Positions 1-13,400 are shown, counted from the first letter of the stretch. The stretch: 64,000 nucleotides of DNA from Octopus sinensis (GCF_006345805.1 NC_043000.1:144584001-144648000); one strand, 5' to 3'. A program made the numbers and translations. The notes: generated by a model not told the origin, from the sequence alone.

Positions 1-57
1 TGACCGCAGTTAAATGTCTGAAAGAAGTAAAAAATACAAATACATCATATCATAATG

Positions 58-135
58 ACCTACACGTGTTTCCGCTACAGTGACTACTCTCTGGTGTGAT
101 ATTTGGTTATTTTCAACGCAGATTCGTCAGTGCTC
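58..135 (-). ncRNA. Degenerate hammerhead ribozyme motif, probably from a PLE pseudo-LTR remnant
   Basis: Minus strand reads CTGACGA...GAAACACGTGTA. The GAAACACGTGTA string is identical to the one in the PLE pLTR at 40684-40695. Stem II pairing is poor. Confidence 0.45.
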
Positions 136-3130
136 GTCCATTTGGTGATCCTAAAAGTGAACTGTGAGAAGTAAATTTGAGCTTGTGTTATACGGGATGT
201 GAGAGATATTATTTATAATTATGTACTCCTGGCCTCAATTTCCCCCCAGTCACTGGCTGAATTTAGGGCTTGTTCTAAAATAGCTCAAGGTCGAGAATTT
301 TGTTATTTTTTATTTGCTTTGGTTATAATGAATGCGGGATTTTTTTTTTTAGATTTCAGGTGTAGTGCTTATATTGAAGATTCATGTTTGTTTAAATTCA
401 TTTTTGCTTGGGTGGCTCAGAATTCGTGTTAAAAGTTGGGTAGTGTATTTGTCTCACTTTTTTGATAATTGTTATTAAATATTGTAATCTTAGGTTATGT
501 TATTTCATTTTCCACATGAAGTTTAATTCCTGCTGGGTTGTTGGCTATCTAGAATTATCCTTACTTCCCTTAAAAGTCCTATGATGTTTGCGTAAACATT
601 TAAGTGCTCCTCCTGGTTACTATTAATTAATGTGTCTCTAGTATTAATAAATATATTTAACATTGGTGAATTATGTTTCAACGTAGTGTTTCTCTCGTCA
701 TTCATAACTTAATATATATGTTTTTCTCTTGTATCGTATTAAATATTTTATATGATTTGTAGAATGATACATTAACGTATTTTTAGTACTACCGGATGTC
801 TTGAATCCTTATGTTGAGACTTAAATATATGTATGCGTATGTGTGTGTTAGAGTGTTTGTGTGTGTGTGTGGGTGTGTGTGTATGTATGCGTGTGGCAAA
901 TGAAACAAGGGTGATGGAATATAAGAGAATTTATTATTAATCGTGTATATGAGTAGCAATCGACAACTACTAAAGTTTGTTCTAATCGAAATAGTGAAAC
1001 GGAGATAAATAAACGAGGTACTTTATGAAACGTTATCTGACGAGACAAACCTGCTCCAAAAATGCACCACAAATTTTGTACTCTCACACTCGAGGTACCA
1101 ATGCAGGATGGTGCAAAAACATCGCGGGGAATAATAAAGGGCCACGTGGGTTCCATTTACTTAACTTATTTTCGCATTTCATTTACTCTAGAGACACGAA
1201 AGAATTATTGAAGTAAACTCAGTAGCATCTGAATCCATACTGTTGATGAAATGAGGCTTAAGCAGCATACGACCAGGTGCATATCCCCAATGTAAAATTA
1301 TTGCTTCTATGTGCGACTGATTATATTTACATTGTTAGATCTGTTTTTTAAGTCGAAGAAGTACAAGGCTTGAAAGTATATAATCAGTATTGTGGTCGAT
1401 TTATTCGACTAAAATTCTTCAAGGCGGTGGCTATGCATGGCTGCAGTCTAACGACTGAAACTAGTAATGTATTAATGTATTAAGCATAACACATAAAATG
1501 CTACCAGAAAGTCGCTCTGCAAAGTCAATATAATAATTGCCATATGCAAAGAACACATCTTACTGCACTCTATGACTGAAAAATAGCATGAAGTAATACG
1601 ACACTTGAAAACGATTGGATTAAAACGAATATGTATGTCAGCGGCAGCGATGAATAAAAAATCATTGCCTCCTAAATGAGGTAAATAATAAAGCGTGCAG
1701 TTGAAGAAAGAAAATCAAAATGGAAACATACGCTTTTGAATTATTATTCTTTTCACTTCAATCAATTTTTTTATAACCTCCGGAGGACTTAATACATACG
1801 CAAAATTACTCTTCTGATACTTTGCTGTGTAGTATGGCGATTGCACTTACATTTCCTTTTTATACAAGAAATTCATTGGTTAAAAGTTCCAGTTATTAAA
1901 ATTATTTTTGTACTTTATATGCAGAAGTATGATTACAGATTTACATGCAATTATCTAATAGTGAAGTAATATAAAATTTACTTTGAAATAAACGAAATAT
2001 TTATATGCATATAATAAAGGCAGTGCTCCAGCATGGCTGCAATCAGATGACTGAAACAAGTAAAGGAATAAAATAATAAAAGAATAGGCTACGAGAACTA
2101 ATTCAGTTATTGAAAAGTGCATCATAGGGTGAAACTTTAAAGCTAATCTTTGCTCCTCTGTGGTGTATCAGATACAATATAATCGAAAAAATCTTCCAAT
2201 CAATTCTGTATTAGAAGTATCCACTTTGTAGAGAAATAATATATTTACGCTAATTTTACGAAGATGGTTTATATTTTTGATTGTAATTGCAGTTCTATTT
2301 AAGTAAAGGTAGGCAAATATGCACAGGTGCATAAAAATGAGTGTATACAGACACACACGCACACACGCATGCATCTATGTAAGCAACAATTCATATATAT
2401 ATAGAAATTAGTGTATATACGTAAATACATGTAACATACAATAGTCTTGTATGCGTATACATGTGTTGATGTATGTAAATGTCTATATACATGTAAGGAT
2501 ACGTACGTGTATATACATCTTCACAGATATATATATTCTACTACTCATCACTAACCTGTCCTTTTAAGCAACTTAACTTATATTCCGAATTCTTCATTCC
2601 ACCTCAATTTTACTACACTTACCCCCGCTCTCTCTGCCCATCCCTTAAGCTCTATCACAATATACCTCACACTCCTTTACTCTTTAAACTCTCATCTCTT
2701 TACCCTCTCATCTCTTCCTCTCTCTCTCTCACCCTCTCCTCTTCATTCCTTCTATCATTTTATCCTGGCCACTAGCTAGTACACCTTTCCTTTCTACATT
2801 TCTTTGTAACACTCCCTCTTTTTTCTCTCTTCCTCTTTTTGATTTGATTTTACAGACAGATTCCCAACTTTTAAGTCAGTTCAAAAAAAATCTTTCGATC
2901 GAATGATACCGTTTAGAACACTCTATGCTTGGAATGGCCAATTATAAACACTATTGGAACTCACACACAAGTTACAGGAAACTTACGTATACATCATTCT
3001 GATCTGCTTAAATAATAGGACTGCAGATACAATATCCTTACGTAACTCACGTCTCTGTTTTCACTCCTACACTTCAGTTTGTATTTCACATCTTCTCTAT
3101 AATAACTATTACTTAAGCATTTTCTCGCAC

Positions 3131-3178
3131 CGTCTCTGATGAAGGGATAAATAAAATATCCGGGAAATAGCTGTAAAA
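3131..3178 (+). ncRNA. Degenerate PLE-type hammerhead motif at the end of a repeat segment (~2540-3240) abutting (TA)n
   Basis: tct-CTGATGA-agggata...tatccgg-GAAA-tAGCTgta, with a palindromic AGCT in stem III. Several pairs are mutated. Confidence 0.45.
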
Positions 3179-3244
3179 TCGCTTTATAACTGTTCTGAAA
3201 ACTTTCACAGCCTTGGATTTTTATCTCAGTCTCTTAATTGATAT

Positions 3245-3276
<32 letters not shown>

Positions 3277-3599
3277 ATAAATATTAGGGAATAAATCCAA
3301 ATTGTCTCGAATATATTTATATATATATATATATATAGATATATATATATATATATTATATATATATATATATATATGTTTTTATTAGTTAAACGCTTCT
3401 TTACAATTTCTGATAAAGTAGTAACTTCAGCTGAGCTGCTCTTCCATGTTATGCCTATGTTAATGGGGTCTCATATGGTATCTCAGACAAAAATGTGTCT
3501 AGATATATTAGAACACATTCACACCCACACCGCGCAAATATTTGAGGCTTTTTGTCAAAATGTTAAATGGATGTGCTCACTTGTAACAAACGTTTACAA

Positions 3600-4436
3600 T
3601 TTTCATAGTTTCTAACAATATTTTACAGTAGTGGTTCTTTTTTGTGGATGGATAAAGTGAAATTTTATCACAATGCATTGCCCTCCAGTTCTGATGTCTG
3701 TGGATTGTACACCTATGTCTTATCGACATTCATGTTGATCCTATATAGTTTTTATGGCAGCTCAAACATCTAATTACATAAATGAGGTTTCCATAGTTGC
3801 AAGTGAAGTTGGATTTAAATTTGAAATGTTTGCACTCGTCTAAAATAGAATTCTGATCTGTCCAAAAGATTGGGGCATGTTTTTTGTACTCTTGCATCCG
3901 TTATTCTTAAGAATAATTTAGTATTTGTGAGGATCTTCTTTAATGTCTTTGGTTGTTTACTGCTTTTAATAATCATTACAAATACGTAAAATTCCCTTCA
4001 GTTTGGGGTCCTTATGAAGTATTAGAAGATTTTGGACAATGATGTTAAAGGCTTCTTTTTTTCTGGGGTCGTATGTGTAAACATAAGTTAGTGCCTTTAG
4101 AGTAGATGTGTTATTGTGTTCGACTTTTCTTAATATAATATTTTTATGTAATGTATGATCCTTTCATTTATGAGTTGAATTGAGTAGTGTCTGTCCTGAA
4201 GGACGTTTTTAGGCTCTTGCTATCTTAGTTCTCTGGTATCTTTTTCGAACACTCTGGTGCAGATCCTTGTTGCACAGTTCAAGGAGTTATTTGTTTTGAT
4301 ATGTCTCGGGTGGCATGACCAAATAATAGATACTGTTTAGAGTCTGTGGTTTTGTAAAAAATGTCCGTTTCAATTAAAAAAAATAAATTTAACCAATATG
4401 TCTAGGAATGACAGTTCCTCTTGGTTGTGTTCCAAT
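3600..4436 (-). pseudogene. Penelope-like element fragment (RT C-terminus/thumb plus C-terminal GIY-YIG), Neptune-like
   Basis: Manual translation across frameshifts gives HNQEELSFLDILVK, IETDIFYKTTDSKQYLLF, CHPRHIKTNNSLNCATRIC and NFTCNYGNLIYVIRCLSCHKNYIGST. Confidence 0.8.
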
Positions 4437-4699
4437 ATATAAAAGATTACAGATGTACCTCCCCTTTACTGAAAAATACCTTGGTTACCAATTTTCCCTC
4501 CTAGCAAACAAAATGTCTAATTCAGAATTACATCCAAAATTCAAACTTTGAAAAGCAATAGCGAAACTGGTTATTATTTTGGAAGATAATACTTTTCTAT
4601 TATGATTCTAATATATTCTTTAGCCTTGTAAAACAAATATTCAGTGGTTTTTCAATTTATTTATTTCCGTATGTGTATACATATATAAGTGTGTATACG

Positions 4700-4905
4700 T
4701 GTATATTTGTGTGTCTCTGTTTGTCCGCAACCATCGCTTAACAACCGATTTCGACTTGCTTACGTCCCCGTAACTTAGCGGTTCGGCAAATGAAACCAAT
4801 AGAATAAGTACTTGGCTTAAAAAGAACAAGTCCTGGGGTCGATATGTTCCACTAAAGGCGGTATTCAAGCTTGGCCGAAATCAAATGACTGAAACAAGTA
4901 AAAAA
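4700..4905 (+). mobile_element. 3' half of tRNA-SINE family A (further 3' fragments at 1-33, ~1395-1465 and ~2017-2085)
   Basis: Matches the 3' part of 6150-6543 (gtccccgtaacttagcggttcggcaaa...aaatgactgaaacaagtaaaa). Confidence 0.8.
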
Positions 4906-4906
4906 A

Positions 4907-4995
<89 letters not shown>

Positions 4996-5989
4996 ATTTT
5001 TATGTATCATGAATATGCATGTATATATATGCTAGTGTGTGGCTATGTGTGTATTACCTATATATAAGAAAGCATGCATATAGACGAAAACAATACACGA
5101 TTTATACACATTTGTTTCTCTTCAACATATATGGAAACATGTACGGATTCACACACATTGTCACATACAATCATGCATATCCACAGACGTAGAGATGTAC
5201 TTAGATATGCACCTACAGAATCATCTAGTTTATAATGACTTTGAAATAATTCCTTGGAAGTGTGAATAACGTGATGATTGCATGGTAGTACAATAAACAA
5301 ATGCAATTAGTCAATGTCGTATCATAAACAAATCAGTTAATTACAAAATAAGCAATATTTTCAATACAACGCAATGCTCGAGTGTAGGGCATCAGCTATT
5401 CGTTTCAATAAACATTAGCAATTTATATGTAGATCACGTTGGTACAAAATGTGAACTTATATCAGTTACCGATGAAGTGGTGAGATAAAACAAAATGCAA
5501 TGTTGTTTCAACAATGACAAAAATTGACCCGGCATTTTAATGAAAGGTTATTAATAATATGCTGTATGATTTTCGATTTTTATCCTCATTTTTGTTTAAC
5601 CATAATCTTTGTTGAGAGTGACCGAAATAAAACACACGAATTTTTTTAGTTTTCACATACCGTTTCTTCGTGTGTATATACAAAATCATCTTCGGATTGG
5701 TAACGCTCGAATTTTTCAAGAAAAGGAATTATTTGAGGACGAGTTGAATTGATGTGAGGTTTCATGTTATTAATGAAAAGTTCCCTTTAACTTATTAATG
5801 TAACCCGTAAAATCATGTTAACCTGGCAAAAAGATAGCTTCCAACGGTACAACATGATAGCCTTTAATTTCAATGCTGGGTGTTTTTGTCATAACTTGAG
5901 GAATGAAGCAAGTAAATTTCCAAACTTTTGCAGGAAATGAAGTAAAAGCTTATTGCTGTTCTTTTTTGATTTTCCATTGCCTGGAAATA

Positions 5990-6138
5990 TTTCGTTACAC
6001 ATCTCTGAACAATTCAGCGGGAATTTCTGTCTTCGTGTGTGCTCCTGCTTGGCTTAATCCATTCTCTGGGAATGGTCTAAGTGGAACAGGAGCACACATG
6101 GAATGTGCCGCTGAAAAGGTTACAAATGTGTGACGAAA
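5990..6138 (+). other. Long imperfect hairpin in unique sequence (~150 nt, inner stem-loop 6035-6099)
   Basis: Nested complementary pairs: tttcgttacacat/atgtgtgacgaaa, ttcagcgg/ccgctgaa, tgtgtgctcctg/caggagcacaca, ccattc/gaatgg. Confidence 0.65.
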
Positions 6139-6149
6139 GATTGACAATA

Positions 6150-6543
6150 GGCGCAGGAGTGGCTGTGTGGTAAGTAGCTTATTTACCAACCACATAGTTC
6201 CAGGTTCAGTCCCACTGCGTGGCACCTTGAGCAAGTGTCTTCTACTGTAGCCTCGGGTCGACCAAAGCCTTGTGAGTGGATTTGGTAGACGGAAACTGAA
6301 AGAAGCCCGTCGTATATATATGCTTGTGTGTGTTTGTGTGTCTGTGTTTGTCCCCCTAGCATTGCTTGACAACCGATGCTGGTGTGTTTATGTCCCCGTA
6401 ACTTAGCGGTTCGACAAAAGAGACCGATAGAAGTACTGGGCTTACAAAAGAATAAGTCCCGGGGTGGAGTTGCTCAATTAAAGGCGGTGCTCCAGCATGG
6501 CCGCAGTCAAATGACTGAAACAAGTAAAAGAGTAAAGAGAGTA
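6150..6543 (+). mobile_element. Full-length tRNA-derived SINE, family A (octopus-type)
   Basis: A-box-like tggctgtgtggtaag, B-box-like ggttcagtccc, internal (TA)/(TG) stretch, and tail ggcggtgctccagcatggccgcagtcaaatgactgaaacaagtaaaagag. Near-identical copy at 55859-56385. Confidence 0.9.
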
Positions 6544-8023
6544 ATGGACTTGAGTTTAAATAAGGACAGAAATAAACGAGTAAAGAACGAATATATAGTG
6601 GATGTGTTTATTTGGTAATAATAAAAAAAAGGAAACACAAATGACCATCTCGATATAAAAATAGTTTAAGTTTCAATTCACGGATCCACATCAGCAATCT
6701 TACAACATAAATTAAAAAACATAACAAAGCAAAAGTATTTATAAAAGGAATTTTAAAAATTCATGCTCATGTTCAAGATTTCATTCCTATACTTTTATTT
6801 TTAATCGCATTTTTAATTTCCTTTTGTAAGAGATTTCGTTTATCCACCACTCGTTTATGTATATTATTTTTTTTTTAAATAGATTTGGCAAGAACTTCGA
6901 AGTTTCGACCTGTTGATCCATCGTTGGACTGATAATAAGGCTTCAGTCAAGGTCACCGTTAATATCTTCGTTTTAGAGAATAATAAAAATGTACTGTACA
7001 AAAATTATTTAGCAATCCTGCATTTAATGTAAAATTATTTTTGTAGCACGACGGACGCACATATATGCATGTATGTATATCTATATGTATCTCTCTTTCT
7101 TTATTACACTATATATATGTGCATATGCGTGTGTATGTGCTAGTGTGTATGTAAATGCACGTAAATGAATGGCCATGTTTATCAGAGCAAATAGGTACCG
7201 ACATATATATCTGAGAAGTACACACATCAAATATATACATGCACCTTTATACAAGTTGTGTACGTAAATACCTGTTGGAAATTAACTATGTTCCCAGTAC
7301 TCTCATTTCTTAGAGAGCACATTTACATCTAACTACATAAAGGATGGCGTCTTAAAATCTATAGATATCTTGCGTAGTATAACTTTGAATCAAAAGCCTG
7401 TTATGGCATTAATAATTTTATTAATTAAATAAACTTTATGTATAGATGTGCATGGCACCTGCAAAAACCTGTCTTTATCATAGCGTGTCCTGGCGCTATG
7501 TACGTGTTCATATGAATGTATGCTTGAGGTTGTTTTTAAATGTATATGTGTGTATTTTTTATATACGTCTGCGTCCATTTCTCATACAACATACACACGC
7601 TCTTCCACACATGGATATATATATATACATATTCGTATATAGGCACGTAAATATAAACCTACATACACGCATACAGTAACATTTAGAGACGCGATTTTAA
7701 TTAAAAATTAAAATGTAAAGTATTAGTTTCCAGTTGCATGTTTTAAGTTCTCTATTTAACTGAGGAAAACATTTAGGTGACTTAGTGCATTCGTGATTGA
7801 ATTAAATATCAGTCACACAATCATATTTACAGAAAACCGATAGTCATTTTTTCTTTCTTGTATCAATCCCAATACTAACAAGTTTATTCAACACTAGCAT
7901 CTATATCTCAACTAATGCTGCTACACATGTCACTCATTCTCTCCTTTCAATTCATTCCCTTTAATTTCTCCCCCCTTCCTCTTTCTCCTCCTCACATTCC
8001 TCCCCCTCCTCCTCCACCTATTA

Positions 8024-8068
<45 letters not shown>

Positions 8069-8107
8069 GTAATACTAGATAAAAATAATATTAGAAAATA
8101 ATAATAA

Positions 8108-8476
8108 CTAGCAGTATCGCCCAGCGTTGATCGGGTTTGTTTCGATCCTTCAGAATTGGAATTTTTGAAAAGTAAAAATGTTGTATTGTGTAACTTGCTA
8201 TTCTTTTTAAGTGAACATTTTACCGGTTGAAATGCACCAACAAATGGCGACACAGCAGTCAAAAAATCGTAAACAAAATAGGGATTTTCATAGAAAAAAA
8301 GCACCTTCTTGATGTAAATAATTCTTGGTGTTAAAATGGTCCGATGGAAGGAAGAGCTGGGCTTCTTCTATCATACTCTCAATTTTGGTCAACTTGCACC
8401 GCAGGTCTCGGAGGAGATAGTGTTAGTTGAAGGCTACCAAACCTGCCATACACAGACAACTTCAGCTTTATATATA
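8108..8476 (-). mobile_element. Non-autonomous Helitron-like element
   Basis: Minus-strand 3' end is CTAG|T with a subterminal GC hairpin (cccagcgttgatcggg). The terminus is shared with 51074-51452. The 5' end runs into (TA)n. Confidence 0.65.
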
Positions 8477-8600
8477 TATATATATTATATATATATATAA
8501 AACATATATATATATATATATATAATATAATATATATATATATACATGCATATATATATAATATATATATATATGTATGTATATATATATATATACATGC

Positions 8601-8632
<32 letters not shown>

Positions 8633-8634
8633 CA

Positions 8635-8675
<41 letters not shown>

Positions 8676-8695
8676 ATATATATATATTATATATA

Positions 8696-8767
<72 letters not shown>

Positions 8768-8774
8768 TATATAT

Positions 8775-8984
8775 GAGTACAGGACACCACAAATAAACGT
8801 AGAACACAACGAGAGACGAAAACATAAAATCAAACAAGGAAACAGACATTTTTTAAACAATGAAAAAACAGAGAGCAGGACAAACAATACTAGGAAAATT
8901 CCCCTTCATCAGCTGTCCCTTGTTTGACTCAATGCGTGTTTCGACCGAACGCACGCGTTATTTCTCTTCTCCATGTAAGTTTTT

Positions 8985-8988
<4 letters not shown>
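8775..8988 (-). mobile_element. ~210-bp insertion within a (TA)n array, unclassified (possible PLE pLTR fragment)
   Basis: Bounded on both sides by pure (TA)n. Contains CGAAAC and CTGATGA on the minus strand. Confidence 0.45.
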
Positions 8989-9058
<70 letters not shown>

Positions 9059-9105
9059 GGTCAACACACACATCGCATGCATCTGTTTTGTACGAATAAA
9101 TGCTC

Positions 9106-9136
<31 letters not shown>

Positions 9137-9226
9137 ACTGAAGCCATTCACACATACATACATAACAACACATGTCTGTCTGTTTTTGTCTGTCAATCAC
9201 TCACTAAAATGAAAGTTTAAAAAGCT

Positions 9227-9266
<40 letters not shown>

Positions 9267-9507
9267 TCCTTACACCGTCGCTGGAAGGGAACTTAACTCA
9301 TGTTTTGTAAATGATAATGGCGACAATACAGTGGATTTCTCCGCCGTGAAAATTGAAGTTGTGGCTCAAAATTATTTACCGCTATTCGCGGGTGCCTCGG
9401 GGAAAATAATTTGAGGAAAATACAACTAGGATCGTGACGAATGTCCTCCTAAAATTTGAGCGACATGCGTGCTAATTTGTGGATGTGCATAAACTACAAT
9501 CACGTAC

Positions 9508-9550
<43 letters not shown>

Positions 9551-9584
9551 TCCTGTCTTATATATATATATATATACAGATAAT

Positions 9585-9775
9585 CCTTTCTATTATAGAC
9601 ACACGGCCTGAAATTTGCGGGAAGGAGAATAAGTCGATTACATCAACCTCAGTGTATAACTGGTATTTATTAATCGACGCCGAATGAATGAAAGGCAAAG
9701 TCGACCTAGACGGAATTTGAACTCAGTATGTAAAATTTCGCCCAGCGAGCTAACGATTCTACCAGCTCGTCAACT
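9585..9775 (-). mobile_element. Diverged SINE family B copy
   Basis: Reverse complement resembles 44801-45000 (gagctggtagaatcgttag...gagttcaaattccgtc...aggtcgactttgcctttcat). Confidence 0.7.
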
Positions 9776-9784
9776 TAATAAAGA

Positions 9785-9844
<60 letters not shown>

Positions 9845-9916
9845 CACTACTACTCTAATAATTATAATAATAATAATAATGATAATAATAATAATAATGA
9901 TAATAATAATAATAAT

Positions 9917-10072
9917 AATTGCACTACTAGGCACTGCACACATCCTACGCAGAGCACTTTCAATACAGTAACCGTCAGAGCATCACAAAAAATCACAGCA
10001 CATACCCAAGGCACACAGAGCTGCGCTCAGTAGTGAAGTGAAAGCACGATATAAAAATAAAACTACTGAATG
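9917..10072 (+). mobile_element. 3' end of an R4/Dong-type RLE LINE in (TAA)n
   Basis: Encodes IALLGTAHILRRALSIQ* followed by the 3' UTR shared with 26167-26265. Confidence 0.85.
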
Positions 10073-10094
10073 ATAATAATAACAATAATAATAA

Positions 10095-10644
10095 TGCCAC
10101 GATGCAGTAGCATACAGCGGCTCTCATGGCTTCTGATAGTAACTGACTGGAAGTGTTATCATGCACATTGTTTTGTCTTAGTATAAAAGGTGGACTACAT
10201 CAAATGTTCTTTTCAATACCACAGGTTCGCTTGTCCGTTGTTTGACCTTAACCAGTTGAGCATATGATTTAATGGTTGATGATATGTGCATCATTCATCA
10301 TAAGTAAATGTAGTGGGGAAGCATCATAGTCATGTGCTGAGAGGAATTTTTTGGAGTTTGGATAAGTCACCACTAGAAACATGAGTGTTACATTTAACAT
10401 ACTTACACATCCCTTGTTCAGTGACCTTTCGAGCGGGATGGGCTATGCTATTCAACCAGAAGAAAATGTATTACTTGGTCCCAATTGCAAAGTCATGCAC
10501 TGTTTATCTTGATACGGGATCAGGTTGTCGCACTCATATGATTGTGATGCATGTGCCTGGTGTAACCTTATCAGTCATGATGAATGTAATGGGCTTTGTA
10601 TAATTTACCTCGACGTCACTTTGGCGATATGCATTGCTCTCTCA
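10095..10644 (+). mobile_element. Diverged copy of the ~555-bp (TAA)n-associated non-coding element
   Basis: Reverse complement of the 24122-24678 unit, with the same two ends. Confidence 0.8.
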
Positions 10645-11350
10645 ATAATAATGATGTTGATAACGATATCACCTGGACTTTCTGCTATTGTTGTTTGCTC
10701 TCTGGATATGATCCAGAAAAATAAGGTGGGAGATCATATGTTTTGAATATTGAGATATCCGGTGTCATCCCAGATGTAGCAACTCGTATGACTTATTTAT
10801 TCTTGCATGTGCGCTTCAGTTAAAGTCTTGCAAGAACGTACTCAAATGGCTTTCGCATTGGCACGTACAGTAGTCGTAGTTTTTGAAATTTATATATCAA
10901 TAAAAGATGCTTATTGAGGTGAATAACGCCGTTTAGCGGGCTTCCGTTAAAATTTGTGCTATAAGTATGATATACAGATTACTACTTCGAACTAACACTG
11001 CTTCCGTCAGTAACAACGAATATATAGGTATATAGAGGTATGTACATATAAGCGCATATACATACATGCATGCATACACAAACATTCATACATGTATACA
11101 TGCAGACATACATATACAGATGCGTACATGGATATATACATATGTGTGTATGTCTGTGTATAAATGTAAACAGACACGTATTTATTTTTTTCTATTAGAA
11201 GAGTGTATGTGTGTTGTACGATACGAGTACGATGATATTTTCTCGAACGCAGATTTGCCATTAGAACAACATGGCTGGTTGTGGATAAATTTTTCTGAAT
11301 ATTACGTTGTTTACACTGGTAGAAACTCATATGTGTACTGGCGGTGCAAA

Positions 11351-11385
<35 letters not shown>

Positions 11386-11466
11386 GTGTGTGTGTATATA
11401 CATGTATATATATATATAGATATAATATATATATATATTATATATATATATATATATATATGCATG

Positions 11467-11950
11467 TATATTAAATTAGAGATAAACCCACTATTAGGCA
11501 AATCAAACAGTGAAAAACATAAACCAATAATTAGAAATAAATTAATTAATATAGATACAAAATATATAAAATATAAAATTCAAAATTTAAGTTATTTAAA
11601 TTTAAAGTTTAAATTTTTAAAAATAATTAAATTATTAATTTATACTTATAAATTTATATATATATATATATTTTAATATTTTTAATTTTTATTATTATTG
11701 TAATTATTATTAGTATTTTTTACTTAAATTTAAATACTTCCAATTTTGAATTTTATATTTTATATATTTTGTATATTATATTAATTAATTTATTTCTATT
11801 TATTGCTTTATGTTTTTCACAGTTTGATTTGCCTAATAGTGGTTTTATCTCTAATTTAATATAACTATATATATTTATACTGCAAAATTAGATTTAATCC
11901 TAAATCTAATTTTTCACTGTAAGTTTGGATTCCCTCCCTAATATTATTAT
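11467..11950 (+). repeat. AT-rich asymmetric fold-back element (arms 11467-~11605 and ~11724-11863, plus ~90-bp extension)
   Basis: Direct inverted-repeat match. The right-arm end plus extension recurs at ~37339-37456, and the terminal piece recurs inverted at ~3279-3301. Confidence 0.8.
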
Positions 11951-11975
11951 AAATATATATATATATACACATATA

Positions 11976-13226
11976 TCAGGTCATTCCATACGTTCTATCC
12001 GGATTTTGAATAAAGAAAACAAGTGATCAAATGTTATATTTAATTGAAATTTAATCATCAATGTACTTTCCCTGATTATCAATGACTTTCGTCCATCTAT
12101 TTAAAAGTTTTTTAATCCCATCAATATAAAACTCTTTTCGTTTCAAACTATGAAATGACAGTTTCGATCTCCTCTTGGCTTGCGAAGTTTATGTCCTCTA
12201 AATGATTCTGTAAACTACGAAACAAATAGTAGTCTGGAGGTCGGGAGTATAAGCTGGATAATTTTTCACAACCAAGTTCTGCGATTTTCTGTGATGTGAT
12301 CTTTGCTATGTGGGGTCACGCATTGCCCTGAGGAAACATCATCCCTTTTCGATTCAATAAAGCAGGGTTTTTCCCCAACGTTTGGTTCAAACGCTCCAAT
12401 TTTTGACAGTAGACTCGAGCATAGATCGTCGCATTAGGTGGTAACAATTCAAAGTGAATTACTCCTTTGCAATCCCACCTGATAGAGAGGAGAAACTTTT
12501 CCCCTACGAAGTCCCATTCTCGGTTGTTATTGCGCCTTCTTCCTTTTACCAAACCACTTTTTACAACGTTTAACATTTCGATATAAGATCCATTTTTCGT
12601 CACCAGTCACAAGTCTATCCAAAAACGGTGAAATGAGTTCGCAAGAATGGAGAGAAGAGTAGATGTCAACACGGGGTTTGCGGTTGCTTTCTGACAAATC
12701 ATGAGGCACCCATTTTCAAAGTTTTGGATCATTTCCAAGTTGTTGAAGATGACGTTGAAGAGTTGTATGGTTTGAAGAAAGCTTTATTGTGAATTCTTCA
12801 ACTGGTAATGCAGGATTTTCTTCAAGTAATGCTTCAAGGAGCTTATCATCAAACTCAACTGGACGTCCTGTTTGATCTTCATCTTCAAGGCTGAAATCTC
12901 CACTTCTGAATTTTGCAAGCCATCTTCTGCAAGTTCTTTCATTCAAGCATTCTTTTCCATAAACTGAGTGTATGTTTCGAGTCACTTCGGCAGTAGAGTT
13001 TCCTATTTCGTACTCATAAAGCATTATGTGCCTTAAATGGTCTTTGGATTCTTCCTTGTTCGAAAGGGTTTTAATCAAAGTAATTTTAATTTTTTTATTC
13101 TGTAAAATAATATTTAATTAGTTTAAACGTACAGAAAAGCATAAAAGAATTTTTTAAATTCCATTAGACATTCTAAATTATTAAATTTCATTCACTTTAA
13201 AAAAAGTTAAATCGAACAGAACATAT
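11976..13226 (-). mobile_element. Mariner transposon with pseudogenised transposase (~13066-12051)
   Basis: HLRHIMLYE...CRRWLAKFRSGDFSLED..GRP, WVPHDL, VTGDEKWILY, YTPDL..DYYLFRSLQNHL, DNQGKYIDD*. The left end follows a TA and the right TIR is degraded. Contains stops and frameshifts. Confidence 0.9.
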
Positions 13227-13234
13227 ACATATAT

Positions 13235-13400
13235 AAAATTATAAATAAGTTTATCTACAAGATATCCCCATGCTAAATATAGCAGCCAAAACGTGACTCT
13301 AAAACCACATTAAATGGCCATTAAATTTGTTTTGTGAGTCAAGATTTGGCTGCTATATCTAGCATGTTGGTATCTTTTAGATACCCTTAATTATAATTTT
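13235..13400. repeat. 166-bp spacer-less imperfect palindrome centred on TGG/CCA (13317-13318), with right-hand extension to ~13475
   Basis: aaaattataa...catgctaaatatagcagccaaa pairs with tttggctgctatatctagcatg...ttataatttt. The arms are equal in length. Confidence 0.8.

Noticed and set aside
8379-9220. ORFs rich in IYIY, LLLL, YYYY, HTHT or SIYL (here and throughout the window)
   Set aside because: These are translations of microsatellites, with no domain signal or splice context.
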